Below, piece by piece: positions 25,135-37,462 of a DNA stretch of 64,000 bases. Origin of the DNA: Haliotis rubra. Taxonomy: Eukaryota. The stretch is from assembly GCF_003918875.1 (NCBI RefSeq), contig NW_025767088.1:372001-436000 (forward strand), given 5' to 3'. The first letter of the stretch is position 1. Each line of letters starts with the position of its first letter. Below the pieces are notes generated by a model. It was not told where the DNA came from. It ran no database searches and was given only the letters and a program-made list of their open reading frames with translations. Made by a program: the position numbers and the translations under genes.

Positions 25135-26660
25135 TTGCAGTATGTAAAATCCAAACTTGCTGCAGTGTATAAAAGCCAAACATGTTGTAGTGCGTAAAAG
25201 CCAAACATGCTGCAGTGTGTAAAAGCCAAACAAACTGCAGTGTGTAAAAGCCAAACAAACTGCAGTGTGTAAAAGCCAAACATGTGGCAGTGTGTAAACG
25301 CCAAACATCCTGCACTGTGTAAAAGCCAAACACGCTGAAGTGTGTAAAAGCCAAACATCCTGCACTGTGTAAAAGCCAAACATGCTCCCCTGTGTAAAAG
25401 CCAAACATGCTGCAGTGTGTAAAAGCTACGCATACTGCAGTGTCACAAAAACTGTGGTGTGTAACACACATTCTAGAGCCTAAAAGCCACACATGCTGTA
25501 GTGTGTAAAAGCCACACAAGTTGCAACGTGTAAAAGCCAAACATGCTGAGGTGTGTAAAAGCCACACATGCTGCAGTGCGTAAAAGCCACACATGTTGTA
25601 GTGTGTAAAAGTCACACAAGTTACAGCGTGTAAAAGCCAAACATGCTGCAGTATGTAATAGACAAACATGCTACAGTGTGTAAAAGCCACACATGCTGCA
25701 GTGTGTAAAAGCCACACAAGTTGCAGCGTGTAAATGCCAAACATGCTGAAGGGTGTAAAAGCCACACATGTTGTAGTGTACAAAAGCCAAACATGCTGCA
25801 CTTTGTAAAGCCACACATGTAATAGCCACGCATTCTACTGTCTGAACAAGCCAAACTAACTGCAGTGTGTAAAAGCCAAACATACAGCAGTCTGTACTAT
25901 CCACATATGCTGCAGTGTGTAAAAGCCAAAAATGCTGCAGTCTGTAAAAGCTAATTATGCTCCAGTTTGTAAAAGCCACACATCTTGTAGTGTGTAAAAA
26001 CCATACATACTGCAGTGTGTAAAAGCCAAACATGCTTCAATGTGTGTAAAACCACGCATTCTGCAGTGTGTAAAAGCCAAAGATGCTGCAGTGTGTAAAA
26101 GCCAAATATGCCTCAGTGTGTAAAAGCCAAAGATGCTTCAGTGTGTAAAAGTGACACATCTTGTAGTGTGTAAAAGCCACACAAGCTGCAGTGTGTAAAA
26201 GCCAAACATGCTGCAGTCTGTACAAGCCAAACAAACTGCAGAGTGTAAAAGCCAAACATGCTGCAGTGTATAAAAGCCAAACATGCTGCAGTGTGTGAAG
26301 CCAAACATACTGCAGTGTGTGAAAGCCAAACATGCAGCAGTGTGTAAAAGCCACACATGCTCCAGTGTGTAAAAGCCAAACAAAATGCAGTGTTTAAAAG
26401 CCAAACATTCTGCAATGGATAAAGCGAAACATGCTGCAGTGTGTAAAAGCTAAACATGCTGCAGTATGTAAAAGCCAAACATCCTCCAGTGTGTAAAAGC
26501 CACACATCTTGTAGTGTGTAAAAGCCACGCATGCTGCAGTGTGTAAAAGCCACACATGCTGCAGCGTGTAAAAGCCAAACAAGCTGCAGTGTGAAAGCCA
26601 AACATGCTGCAGTATGTAAAAGCCAAACAAGCTGCTGTGTCTAAAAGCCAAACATGCAAC
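25135..26660. repeat. 25-bp minisatellite (CTGCAGTGTGTAAAAGCCAAACATG), about 60 diverged units
   Basis: Tandem period 25. Confidence 0.95.
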
Positions 26661-26672
26661 ATCAACAGCATC

Positions 26673-26822
26673 CGGGTAGCCTTGTCATTAAAGCATTCGC
26701 TCGTCACGCAGAAGACCCGGGTTCGATTCCCCACATGGATAGAATGTGTGAGGCACATTTCTGGTGTCCCCCTCCGTGATAATGCTTGAATATTGCTAAA
26801 AACCTCACTCACTCACTCACTC
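26673..26822 (+). mobile_element. SINE family A, diverged
   Basis: Head, B-box, body and (CACT)n tail recognisable. Confidence 0.8.
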
Positions 26823-27848
26823 GTTCGCTCTACATGGTGGCTGGAGCATGTATGGTTAATTATGCGGGATAGGTGACGTTTAATTATGGAGGTGACAGCG
26901 AGCAGTTTATTCATTCATGTCATGTATCACCAACTACACAGAAGTGTGATCCTGAAATCCAAATAAACAAATGTTATCACTGTCTGAGGCTACCACTCAA
27001 TAGCTCGCGGACCAGAGGATATTGTGGCCTCATATAATGAGCCCCTCTTTTAAGGGAGGAGACTGGCCATTCGTAACCCACACGTGTTATTCCGGGACAA
27101 TGGCGAATTGTGGTATTACTGCAACTTAGAATAAAACCAAATATTAAAACTACTCCAGCTGTAGACCCTTTCCTCGTCTATTTCCGATTTCTAATCTGTC
27201 AAAAGCTACCACTTTTGTAATCGTACATCCGATAATTGAACCTGAGGGTAGTCGTATGGAAACCACAAACTTTACAGCAGGTTTGAAACACTCATAAAAT
27301 ATTCAGGTGAACGTCAACTTCAGCGCAAGGGAGATAACTTCTGGCCCTTTGTAGATTACCAAGTTCAGCTGATTGAGCGCACAGCCACGCGTTGGATCTG
27401 CACCTCTGGCGCTGACATATTTCATAATCAATAAATTCGGTTAAAGGCTGAAATAACTCGTGACTAATCAAAATGATCAGGGAGACAGAAATCAACAGCG
27501 CGAAGCCGATATTTTGGCAGAACAATTCCAAATTACTAGCTCGAAAAGTAAGGAGAATTTCTTTTCCGGATCTGTTGAAATTGACTTCGTGATGGGGTTT
27601 ATTATCGAGGTCTTGGACATACACACATGTTGTTCCAGTTCCAAAGTCAAGAAATTAGCGTTGCCAAGCAGCGTCCTACAAACAAATGACTATATATTAA
27701 TGCGAATTTATGCAACGAGATGGTTACTAACAGGCTGTGACCCGCGAAGAACCAGGTGAGAATTGATGTTCAACAACAAATGCTAGTCGTGAGAGGCGAC
27801 TAACGGGATCGGGTGATCAGGCTCGCTGACTTGGTTGACACATGTCAT

Positions 27849-28255
27849 NNNNNNNNNNNNNNNNNNNNNNNNNNNNNNNNNNNNNNNNNNNNNNNNNNNN
27901 NNNNNNNNNNNNNNNNNNNNNNNNNNNNNNNNNNNNNNNNNNNNNNNNNNNNNNNNNNNNNNNNNNNNNNNNNNNNNNNNNNNNNNNNNNNNNNNNNNNN
28001 NNNNNNNNNNNNNNNNNNNNNNNNNNNNNNNNNNNNNNNNNNNNNNNNNNNNNNNNNNNNNNNNNNNNNNNNNNNNNNNNNNNNNNNNNNNNNNNNNNNN
28101 NNNNNNNNNNNNNNNNNNNNNNNNNNNNNNNNNNNNNNNNNNNNNNNNNNNNNNNNNNNNNNNNNNNNNNNNNNNNNNNNNNNNNNNNNNNNNNNNNNNN
28201 NNNNNNNNNNNNNNNNNNNNNNNNNNNNNNNNNNNNNNNNNNNNNNNNNNNNNNN
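27849..28255. other. Assembly gap (N run); second gap 28526-28671
   Basis: Runs of N. Confidence 0.99.
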
Positions 28256-28276
28256 TGCCATTGCTACTGCTACTGC

Positions 28277-28438
28277 GGGGCGGTGGGGTAGCCTAGTGGT
28301 TAAAGCGTCCGCTCGTCACGCCGAAGACCCGAGTTCGAATCCCCACATGGGTACAATGTGTGAAGCCCATTTCTGGTGTCCCCCGCCGTGATGTTGCTGG
28401 AATATTGCTAAAAGCGGCGTAAAACCAAACTCAGTCAG
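28277..28438 (+). mobile_element. SINE family A, full length, within (CTA/CTG)n repeat
   Basis: Near-consensus sequence flanked by ATTGCTACTGCTAC duplication. Confidence 0.9.
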
Positions 28439-28788
28439 TATTGCTACTGCTACGACTACTACTACTACCACTACCACTACCGCTACTGCTATTGCTACTG
28501 CTGCTACTGTTACTACTACCACTGCNNNNNNNNNNNNNNNNNNNNNNNNNNNNNNNNNNNNNNNNNNNNNNNNNNNNNNNNNNNNNNNNNNNNNNNNNNN
28601 NNNNNNNNNNNNNNNNNNNNNNNNNNNNNNNNNNNNNNNNNNNNNNNNNNNNNNNNNNNNNNNNNNNNNNNTGAACTGTGAATTGGTCAGTACAGCTACC
28701 TTTATACATCAAATAAAATATACAAATTCAGAAATGGTTTAAATGCGTTTCATGACTACATTATTCTTTCTCTTTTTACTAACAGAGA

Positions 28789-28954
28789 TGGGCGGTGGGG
28801 TAGCCTAGTGGTTAAAGCGTTCGCTCGTCGCGTCGAAGACCCGGGTTGCATTCCCCACATGGGTACTATGTGTGAAGCCCATTTCTGGTGTCCCCGCCGT
28901 GATATTGCTGGAATATTGCTAAAAGCGGCGTAAAGCAAAACTCACTCACTCACT
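28789..28954 (+). mobile_element. SINE family A, full length
   Basis: Near-consensus sequence with flanking CTAACAGAG duplication. Confidence 0.9.
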
Positions 28955-29382
28955 GCTAACAGAGCTATTTGATCTCTGTGGTATCAATGTAGACAAAACG
29001 TGGTATTTTCATGACGCTTCGCTCAATATTTATCGGCGGGAAATCTATTTCAATTTGGCATAAAAAGATACTGTGTAAAAGACGATGTGTGATTTGACTG
29101 TCTCTTAGCAAACACGAAAAGTGAAATTATACCTTAAGAGTTAAGAATCCTTGAAAATCGAAGAATAATGCCATTGTTTCTCTCTGACAGACAACTATGG
29201 TTGGATATCGCTTGGAAATATTTACACCTGTGCAGGAAAGTAGAAATTTACTTCCACTAAACTTACCAGATTCTCACAATATCATTTTACACGTATTCTA
29301 AAGTTTGTGTTATATAGCATGCATGTAACCTTATTTAGAAATCTAAAATTAATGTTTCTCCATTTCTTTAATATATATAATA

Positions 29383-29605
29383 GTGAGTGAGTGAGTTTAG
29401 TTTTACGCCGCACTCAGCAATATTCCAGGTATATATCTGTAAATAATCGAGTCTGAGCAAGACAATCCAGTGATCAACAGCATGAGCATCGATCTGCGCA
29501 AATAGGAACCGATGACATGTGTCCACCAAGTCAGCGAACCTGATCACCCGATCCCGTTAGTCGCCTCTCACGCCAAGCATGGGTAACTGAAGATCAATAG
29601 CTAAC
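29383..29605 (-). mobile_element. SINE family B
   Basis: Body and (CACT)n tail match. Confidence 0.85.
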
Positions 29606-29944
29606 ATTCACCGTTCCACTGCACACAACAGATCCTCGTGGTAAAGACAACACCATCTATTCACGGGAATAGTAGCCGTAAACACACCAAAATAGTTTTG
29701 AAAAACATGACCGGTGTATTCTGCCTCGTAGGATACATGGGTCAATATAGTTTTCTTTTAGATTTTCTTTTTTTATTGGATTTGTTCTTTTGTTGTTGTT
29801 TGATTTGTGTGGTTTGTTTGTTTGTTTGTTTGTTTGTGTTTTTATTTGATACAGCAATGTAATCCGGTTAGCTATCATACGTTCGATAGCGTGTATATAG
29901 TAGAAATAGACACGACAAGCCTGCATGTACATTTCAGGTCATAC

Positions 29945-30070
29945 CCCTCGCACGGGTCACGTGCAGACCGACACGTCATCACAACATTCCGGCACGTAGC
30001 GCAGTCAGGAGGCGTCATCTATTATCTGACGGCAGTGTTGTCGATTTCAATCACGTGACGACTTCGTGCA
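29945..30070. promoter_or_regulatory. Candidate distal enhancer: cluster of four ACGTG cores
   Basis: GTCACGTG 29956-29963, CACGTC 29972-29977, GCACGTA (TACGTGC on -) 29992-29998, TCACGTGAC 30051-30059. CpG-rich patch. Confidence 0.5.
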
Positions 30071-30894
30071 CTTTCCCTCGAGAAAAGTGGTTGTACGTCG
30101 GGTTGAGCCAAAACTTCTGTTTTTACCCGTTTAAGAAAAAATGGGGTGGAAGGTTATTTGGAACTTATTTGTTTAAATCGCTTTTATGTTGTATTTCTTA
30201 CACGTGTGTGTGTGACAGTGACTGTGTGTGTGCGCGTGTGTGTGTGCTTCAACATAAAATCCAAATCATTTTAGACATCAGGTTGGTCTATTTGCTCCGA
30301 TTTTTACTCCAGGGTTTGGGGTGACAGACTCGCAACCCAAGAACAGTTATACGTTTATAATTCAGTTCTTCACATAAATTTATCTTCAGATAGATTCCAT
30401 GTATACCTGCCTACTTGCCACATTTTAAAATAATGTATAAACAACATTGTAATTTGTATATAGTGTTTGGACTGAATACATGCTCATATTTAGTCGTTTA
30501 GAGTTCTTTTATTGATCTGATCATTTGGAGAGATCGAAACTAAATACAGTGACATGTTCCTGGAGTGATTTTGTGTTTAAAAATACAATGTCGATGAAAA
30601 TGCAGATGTATATATCTGGAACATATAATAACAAGGTATCTTAAATGTGGTAGTTACTCGATTCTTATCATCACATCCCTGTGCTGCACTTACATTATGA
30701 AGCAAAAACTGTTATACTGTTATAAACTTATATACAAGAACAGAATCACCCAGGGGCCGTAGATACAGCTTTTTGAGAAGGGGGGGTGGGGGTGCACAGT
30801 TCATTTTCACCCTTTTTCACGATAGTTTCAATGATCATTTAATAAACTTTTATGACAAATGGGAGGGGGTGCACACCCATGCATGTCACCCTCA

Positions 30895-31190
30895 CCTCAC
30901 CATCTTCTTCGTCGCCATAGTTGTCATCATTGTCATCATCATCGTCGTCGTCAACATCACCATCATCATCGTTGTCGATCGTCATTTTCATCGTCGTCGT
31001 CATCATCATTACCATCACCATCATCTTCGTCATCATAATTGTTGTCATCGTCATCCACATTGTAGTCATCGTCATCAACACCATCGTCGTCGCCAACGTA
31101 TCAGATGACATTTGACAAGAAATCATCACCAAGTTCATCACCATCGTTTTATCATCTTCGAGATGCTTCTCCGTCATAATCACGCACCAT
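30895..31190. repeat. (CAT/CGT)n low-complexity trinucleotide tract
   Basis: Imperfect trinucleotide repeat. Confidence 0.9.
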
Positions 31191-31384
31191 CAGCTGTCAT
31201 TTATAAGTACATAACATGAAAACATGCTAAAAGTGTACAGACTGTAAGAGCTATTCATCTCCACGCACAAAGCACGGCTCTCTTTAGAAGCCCATTACAT
31301 AAGACGATGACGTAATAAATTTGCTTCGCGCCACCTGTAACTAGCGGTACCTGCGGATAGTCATGCATAGCCATTGATTTGGGT

Positions 31385-31410
31385 TAATCACGTGACAACA
31401 ATACGTGATC
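31385..31410. promoter_or_regulatory. Paired TCACGTGAC and TACGTG (HRE) motifs about 1 kb upstream of BNIP3
   Basis: TCACGTGAC 31388-31396 and TACGTG 31402-31407 in a local CpG-rich patch. Confidence 0.5.
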
Positions 31411-32239
31411 CGCCTCCTGTGTCATTGTGGAACGTGTTAGACTTGCCACAGATCTTTTGAAAACCGTTGACAATGAATATGGTTATATACGCATTGTAAT
31501 TAATTTCAACCGTTTATAAAATGTAAAGTGAGTACAAAAACATCGGTCAAGAATGTAGAACAATGTAAAAGCTGTAGAAACAAATGATTTACGTTTGAAA
31601 TAAGTGCAAATTCGGAAACAGTTGTAATTGTACGTGAATGAATAGGGTTTTACTTATCAACTTAGGTGTAATGTGACTTTGGCAGTGCAACTTATGTTAT
31701 GAACTTTAAACTTGTTGATATGCCACATGGTAGTAACGCTTATCACAGAGGTGAAATGAGAAATAAATATCTGTGGATTAAATTTTAATTAAACATGCAT
31801 TCTTTTTCATTACATTTATTTATCTATTTTATCTGTTTTTTGTTATTTATCTATTTACCATTACCAGTATTATTTTTATCAATGTTGGGGACAGTTTTAG
31901 TCTTGTGGCTGTTATCTTGGTTATCGCTTCTTGTATCCATTTACTATACATCCCTTCTTCCCAAACGAAGTGAACTTGATCCTATTGCATGAACTTACTT
32001 ACTTACATCAGAGACCATATAATATTATATGGTCTCTGCTTACATAACTGGATTGTTTATGACGTAACAATTCGGGAACCTCCCATGCGTACCTAACTTC
32101 GTATTGTTTGAATATTGCTTCTAGATGTTTTGATTATACCATTTCGTAGATGACAATTTTAAAAAAATGGCGCAAACCTCCTTAAGTCTATGTTGATACC
32201 AGAGTAGCTTCCCTTAGTACCTTCGTGCCAAATGGCAGA

Positions 32240-32300
32240 GGCCGCTAGGTACGATCACGTGACACATAGTCTTCTGACGTCACTGTAAATAAACCCCAAA
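32240..32300 (+). promoter_or_regulatory. Proximal promoter of BNIP3-like gene: TCACGTGAC (E-box/HRE core/CLEAR-like), TGACGTCA (CRE), GTAAATA (forkhead)
   Basis: Motifs at 32255-32263, 32275-32282 and 32285-32291, 100-135 bp upstream of the ATG in CpG-retaining sequence. Confidence 0.65.
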
Positions 32301-32389
32301 CATCAACAAAGTGTCGTGACTGGTGAAACGTAGAAGATATAGAAATACTTCTGAGAGCTATTTCCCACATTTGAGCTGTGTTTCTCAAC

Positions 32390-32432
32390 ATGGCGTCAAC
32401 ACAGAGGCCAGACCAAAGCGAGGACCTCAATG
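32390..32432 (+). CDS. BNIP3: BNIP3/NIX-like mitophagy receptor, coding exon 1 (MASTQRPDQSEDLN-, phase 1)
   Basis: ATG in good context (caacATGG) followed by donor G|gtaag at 32433. Splices in frame to exon 2 to give D-S-W-V-E-L. Confidence 0.85.
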
Positions 32433-33276
32433 GTAAGACTTATGATGCTCAATTTCACTGAAAACAGAGACGTGTTGTGAAAATTGGGCCATTCATTGTC
32501 TCGTCGCTGACAGCTGGCTAGAAATAGAATTTGTGCCACGCGATTGTTGGCGCATTATTATTATTTTGCCTGTCGCTTTATTTATTATGTTTACTATTCG
32601 AGGGATCGTTTATCTAAGTGCACAGGTCATTTAAACGTCAATTACAGCGGTGATTATTTGAATAGGACGACAGCAGCGAACTGTCAAAATTCTAAATCTT
32701 AAACCATAATATTGGCGCAGAAAATCAGAAATACGCCTTTCGTGAAGACTGGCATTATATTGACAGTGCTGTGTAGTTATTTTTGTTAATGATTTCATTT
32801 AGTACGAATCGAGGCCTGCATATGTTGTGCATATAAATATTTCTGGATTAACTAAGTGATATGATTTCACCTTCCTGTTAATAAATTTATATTCATGGCA
32901 CAATCAGTGATACTAAGGCAAGTGTGCAATCACTATTTGAGTTACATTTAAACAAATATTGAGGTTATTAACATTAAAAACATCCGAGTGATGTATATTT
33001 TGAGTAGTTTACAGGCTAGTTTTTATGATTCTTGAATGTATTGCAACATGGCCAGTGATAGTGCAGCTGTAATATTCTGAATCAAGATCAGAATCTAAGC
33101 TTTTATGTGTGCTTTGAAGCATCAGATATTAGTGCTGCTCCCCTATCAACTTGCAATCTGAAATACCTCTACCAGGATGTAAACAGGTTAAAAGTATTGT
33201 ACATGTGCAGTTAAACCAGTGCTTTAATCTGAAATTAAGTTAATCATGAAATTTGTTGTTTTATAACATTAATAAT

Positions 33277-33380
33277 GTTGATGAAGGAGCAAGGATACAC
33301 TCTGAAACGTGGTGTTATTTACAATAAAGAAGTTGACATCCATTTTCTTATGCATTCCACTTCTAAATGCCCTCAAAGAT
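33277..33380 (+). mobile_element. Penelope-like terminal repeat relic with degenerate minimal hammerhead
   Basis: TGATGA-AGGAG-loop-CTCT-GAAACG followed by AATAAA, the layout typical of PLE pseudo-LTRs. Confidence 0.5.
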
Positions 33381-36300
33381 TTGATTATTAATGTTAATAA
33401 TAATTATCCCTGTTATATCCTTCACTAATATAGCATATCTGGTGTATATTGCAAATTAAAGCCAAATCAGATTGTATGCTGTTTTACCGAATTTATTTGC
33501 TGACACTTTTCAAACTGCAAAGAATATGATGTTCCTTTTCTCATTCTGTCCAATTTTTCACAGTGGTGGAGTGTGTAGGCAGTTATGATGAATATCAACT
33601 GTATGAAAACCAGGTGTATATGTTCCTGTGCTAGTCTGTAATCTGGTTCAGTGAATCAGACTGTACAATGCATTATTGTGTCATGGTCTGGTAATTTGTA
33701 GGATTCACAACCGACAAGGTAGATAACCTTGTTGTACTGACGGGAGAAGTTGAGCATCATATCAGCAGCAATATGATATTGATTAAAAAACTGCTTCAAT
33801 TGCCACTGCAGCAGTGTGTAATGTTCATAGATAATATGTTGTATCATCATGATCAAGCATGTTTCATGCTTTACAAGGGTCTGTAGAATAGATTAGTGGA
33901 TAAAGCTTGTCATGCTAAAGGTCGATTTGTGATTCCCACATGAGGGCAAAAAGTTTAATAATTAATTTCTGGTGCCCCTCGTAATATTCATAATATCAAG
34001 ACTCATACTCACTTCTTCATGTTTCATATGATTATGAAACTTTACTGTCTATTTAGATAAATACATGCGCAAGTTGTAATATATTGTTGTTATAAATTTG
34101 TTCATGTTCGCAATTTGTCATTTGCATGATGTGCAAGGGTTTCTCAGGTGTTGTTAGCTGTTGATTGTAATTTGACAAATGATTATAGATACAATTAGAA
34201 TCTACATGGACCTGTTCAGTGGCCATCAACATCATCATCATCATCATCATGGCCCCAAGTCCTAAATTTCCTAAATAAATTTGAATTTAAAAATGTGTTT
34301 TAGTAACTTGTATTTTTTCTATAACAAGACCAGTAAGTGGGAGGCAGTGTATTCACAATATTGGAAATAATGTCGTAATCAGCTGATAGTACCTTGAAAG
34401 TTAAAAAAAAGGGAATTTATGAAATTCCCATTTTTTCCCCGTTTGCCTTCCCGTGGAACTAACTTTGGATTCCCAAAAATCCATGACAGAACTAGACAGT
34501 TTGAAATTCCTTAGAGCATAGAGAACCATATTGACAAGTTTAGTGCCCTTGTTAAATTGTTAAATGATTATAAGAATTAAGTTCAATTATCGCTCAAGCT
34601 GTAACCATGACAGTATACCTGATAAAGAGAAACAGCTGACTGATTGCCTTGAGACAGGTGGACAAAGGTCAAACTGACCGAGTGTTACAGTGGTTATTGT
34701 CACAATAACAAAGGGGTTTATAACAGCTGCAGATGTAGCTGGGCTTTTTCAGTTGTTAACGTACAGTCATCAGCCACGTTCTCCTGATTTTCGTCACGGA
34801 GCACTAGGGGACGCAATGATCATACTGCATAAGTGTGTATGAATATTCATAAACATGGTTCTATACAAGACACTTGTACAGCTTCACATATATGTACAAT
34901 ATGAATGGTTTTTCACATTGTGGTATAGGAATGAGATTAAATGGATATAGCTTTAGTTGTTACGCATACATAGATTTTGTGGTGGCATTAATAGATCTTC
35001 TAGAAAAACAACAATTTCTCTTCATTTTTTTAGTTTTGTATTGGACAGTTTTCTTATGTAATTTCTATTTTGAAAAAAAATGTTTTATGATATTTTGAAT
35101 AACATTCAGTCAAGGTTCTGGACTATTGCTTCAATGTGAATCAATGCAATTGTAATGGACTATTGTACACCAGTCTGTCTCACAGTCCGTGAAATGTATA
35201 TTTTTCCATCTACCCAACCCTTTCTGCAATGCTAAAGTCTAAATGATTAGGAAGTCTAGATTTCCAAGGTACTGAATCTCCCATCCCAATGGGGCTCATT
35301 TTCAATTTAATGGGATTATTTGTTGCTATCAAAATTATATATATTCAGAGACTACATGTTAGTAATACACTTGAAATAGACCACCTCGACAGGATGTGCT
35401 CCAAAGTGTAGTTTAGTGTTGCTAAAACGTTTTGTGCTGTTTGTACAGCTGGCATCTTGAGCAGAGTAAAGTGGGAATATTGTCTTGTTTATGGTTGATG
35501 TTGTCAATATCATGTCATATATGTATGAATAATAATTGTGTTTGTCAAGTATATATATATAGAAATATCTTAAGCATAAAATGAAACAGTGTTGAATGCT
35601 TTTTCTGATACGTTTTATTGATGAAGTTACCCTTTTGGGGTTTTGGTTTTGGGGGAGTGGGGTTGGTATGGGTATATTTTTTTTTTGTATGTGTGTCTAA
35701 CCCAGTCATTATTATTTGACCCAGATAGTCTTATCCATGCTACCAAAAAGTCTTTCAGTTGACAAGTTGCTTATATTCATTGATAGTCAGTAGGTAAGCA
35801 TTATCTCTTCACTGTGTTTTTTTGACAATGACTAGGTAATCACTGTAGATAACTGCCAAGCTTTCACTCACATGCATACATTTCTTACACATTACTATTT
35901 TCCTTGCTGATTTCATTTGGCACACAGTTAGACTAACATCCAGTCTCTGAATATATCTCATTTTGAAAGAAACATACAAATCCTATTAAACTGAATTTTA
36001 AAAAAACTAGTGATGCCAAAGACCCGGGTTCTATTCCCCATATGGGTACATTGTGTGAAGCCCATTTCTGGGGTTCCCAGCTGTGATATTACTGGTGATG
36101 ATGATTTTTATGGAGAAGCATGTACAATGTGAATGACCCCCCCCACACACACACACTCCCCTATTGCTAAAGTAGGTGTAAAACCTCACTCACTCACTCG
36201 CTCACTGAAAAGGAGCCCCAGTGAGATAGCCATAGCAAAACCACTCATTCACTCACTCACTCACTGAAAAGGAGCCCCAGTGAGATGGCCATGGGAGATT

Positions 36301-37295
36301 CAAAACCATGGGAAATCTAGACTTGCTTCATTTAGGGCTTTAGCATTGCAGAAAGGGCTGAGTGGGAAGGAAAATAATACGATTCAGGGACTGTGAGACA
36401 GACTGTTGCACAGAAACAGAGCACACACGTCACAGGGCTGAGTAGGTGAGGGTGTGTCAAGTATGCTTGTGGAATAAGTTCCATAGCAGGACGATGATTA
36501 GGTTCCAACAGTGGAAGGGAGAGATTGTAGGTTCATGTGCCACATTTTTAGACATCAGAATAAACAATAGGAACACCTGGCTGGCAGACACATAAATTGT
36601 TGAAATTTATAACAGTTATTTTTAGATCAGCTGGGGTGTATTTTTAGAATGCAAGTAGTTGTTTTTTGTGAACACTGAAATGTGTGGTTACTTGAGCCGT
36701 TTTTGTAGTAATACACCCTCTGGAATAATATAAATGATTATTAAACTATTTATTTTTATAAAATGTACTGTTTATGTATATGTTTTAGCATGATTATTTC
36801 AGCAACATACATGTATATTAAATATGGGGATTGTATCAAAATGATAAACATTTTTCTACATTTTAGTATTTTAGGTTGTCACATTCCTTTTATAAAGCTG
36901 TGTCGTGTAGGTCATCACAGGAAAACATCAACCTGTCTTCTTTTGCATGTATGTAAGAATTTACCCTTGGCTTCTTGGCAATGGATGAGTCAAGATATAA
37001 TTAGTATCCAGTGGAATATTTTGAGAATTTGCATTGTCATTCTGACTACCAAAGAATGTAAGAGTTATATTCATGACCTCTTCACTTTCTGGGAATAGTC
37101 TGTTACTTGTATATCATGTAATATATCAAGGTACTTTACTTCTTGTTTAGACATAGGGATCAGCTGGATATTTAAGAAATATATTTTTGAATCTCATTTA
37201 TATATTTGTCTTGACTGATGAATCCATTAACTTAAATATTGAGCATTACTGCCTTATTTAGTATCAAATCTGTTAATGAGATTCAGTTGCAAATC

Positions 37296-37462
37296 GGGCG
37301 TGGGGTAGCCTTGTGGTTAAAGCGTTGGCTCGGCACGCCGAAGACCCAGGTTCGAATCCCCACATGGGTACAATGTGTGAAGCCCATTTCTGGTGTCCCC
37401 TGCCGTGATGTTGCTGGAATATTGCTAAAAGCGGCGTAAAACCAAATTCAGTCAGTCAGTCA
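37296..37462 (+). mobile_element. SINE family A, full length, young intronic copy
   Basis: 24-bp TSD GTTAATGAGATTCAGTTGC(A/G)AATC (37272-37295, 37463-37486). Most CpGs retained. Confidence 0.92.

Noticed and set aside
25072-26812. Many overlapping Cys/His-rich ORFs
   Set aside because: Translations of the 25-bp minisatellite.
27292-27759. 110-aa and 99-aa overlapping ORFs
   Set aside because: No recognisable domain or convincing splice sites. Cannot be supported from sequence alone.
28277-28350. tRNA-Asp gene
   Set aside because: tRNA-like head lacks a proper acceptor stem and is fused to SINE body and tail in many copies with TSDs.
27813-28712. ORFs containing X runs
   Set aside because: Assembly gaps.
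30773-31183. His-, Ser- or Asp-rich ORFs
   Set aside because: Low-complexity (CAT/CGT)n tract with no splice or start support.
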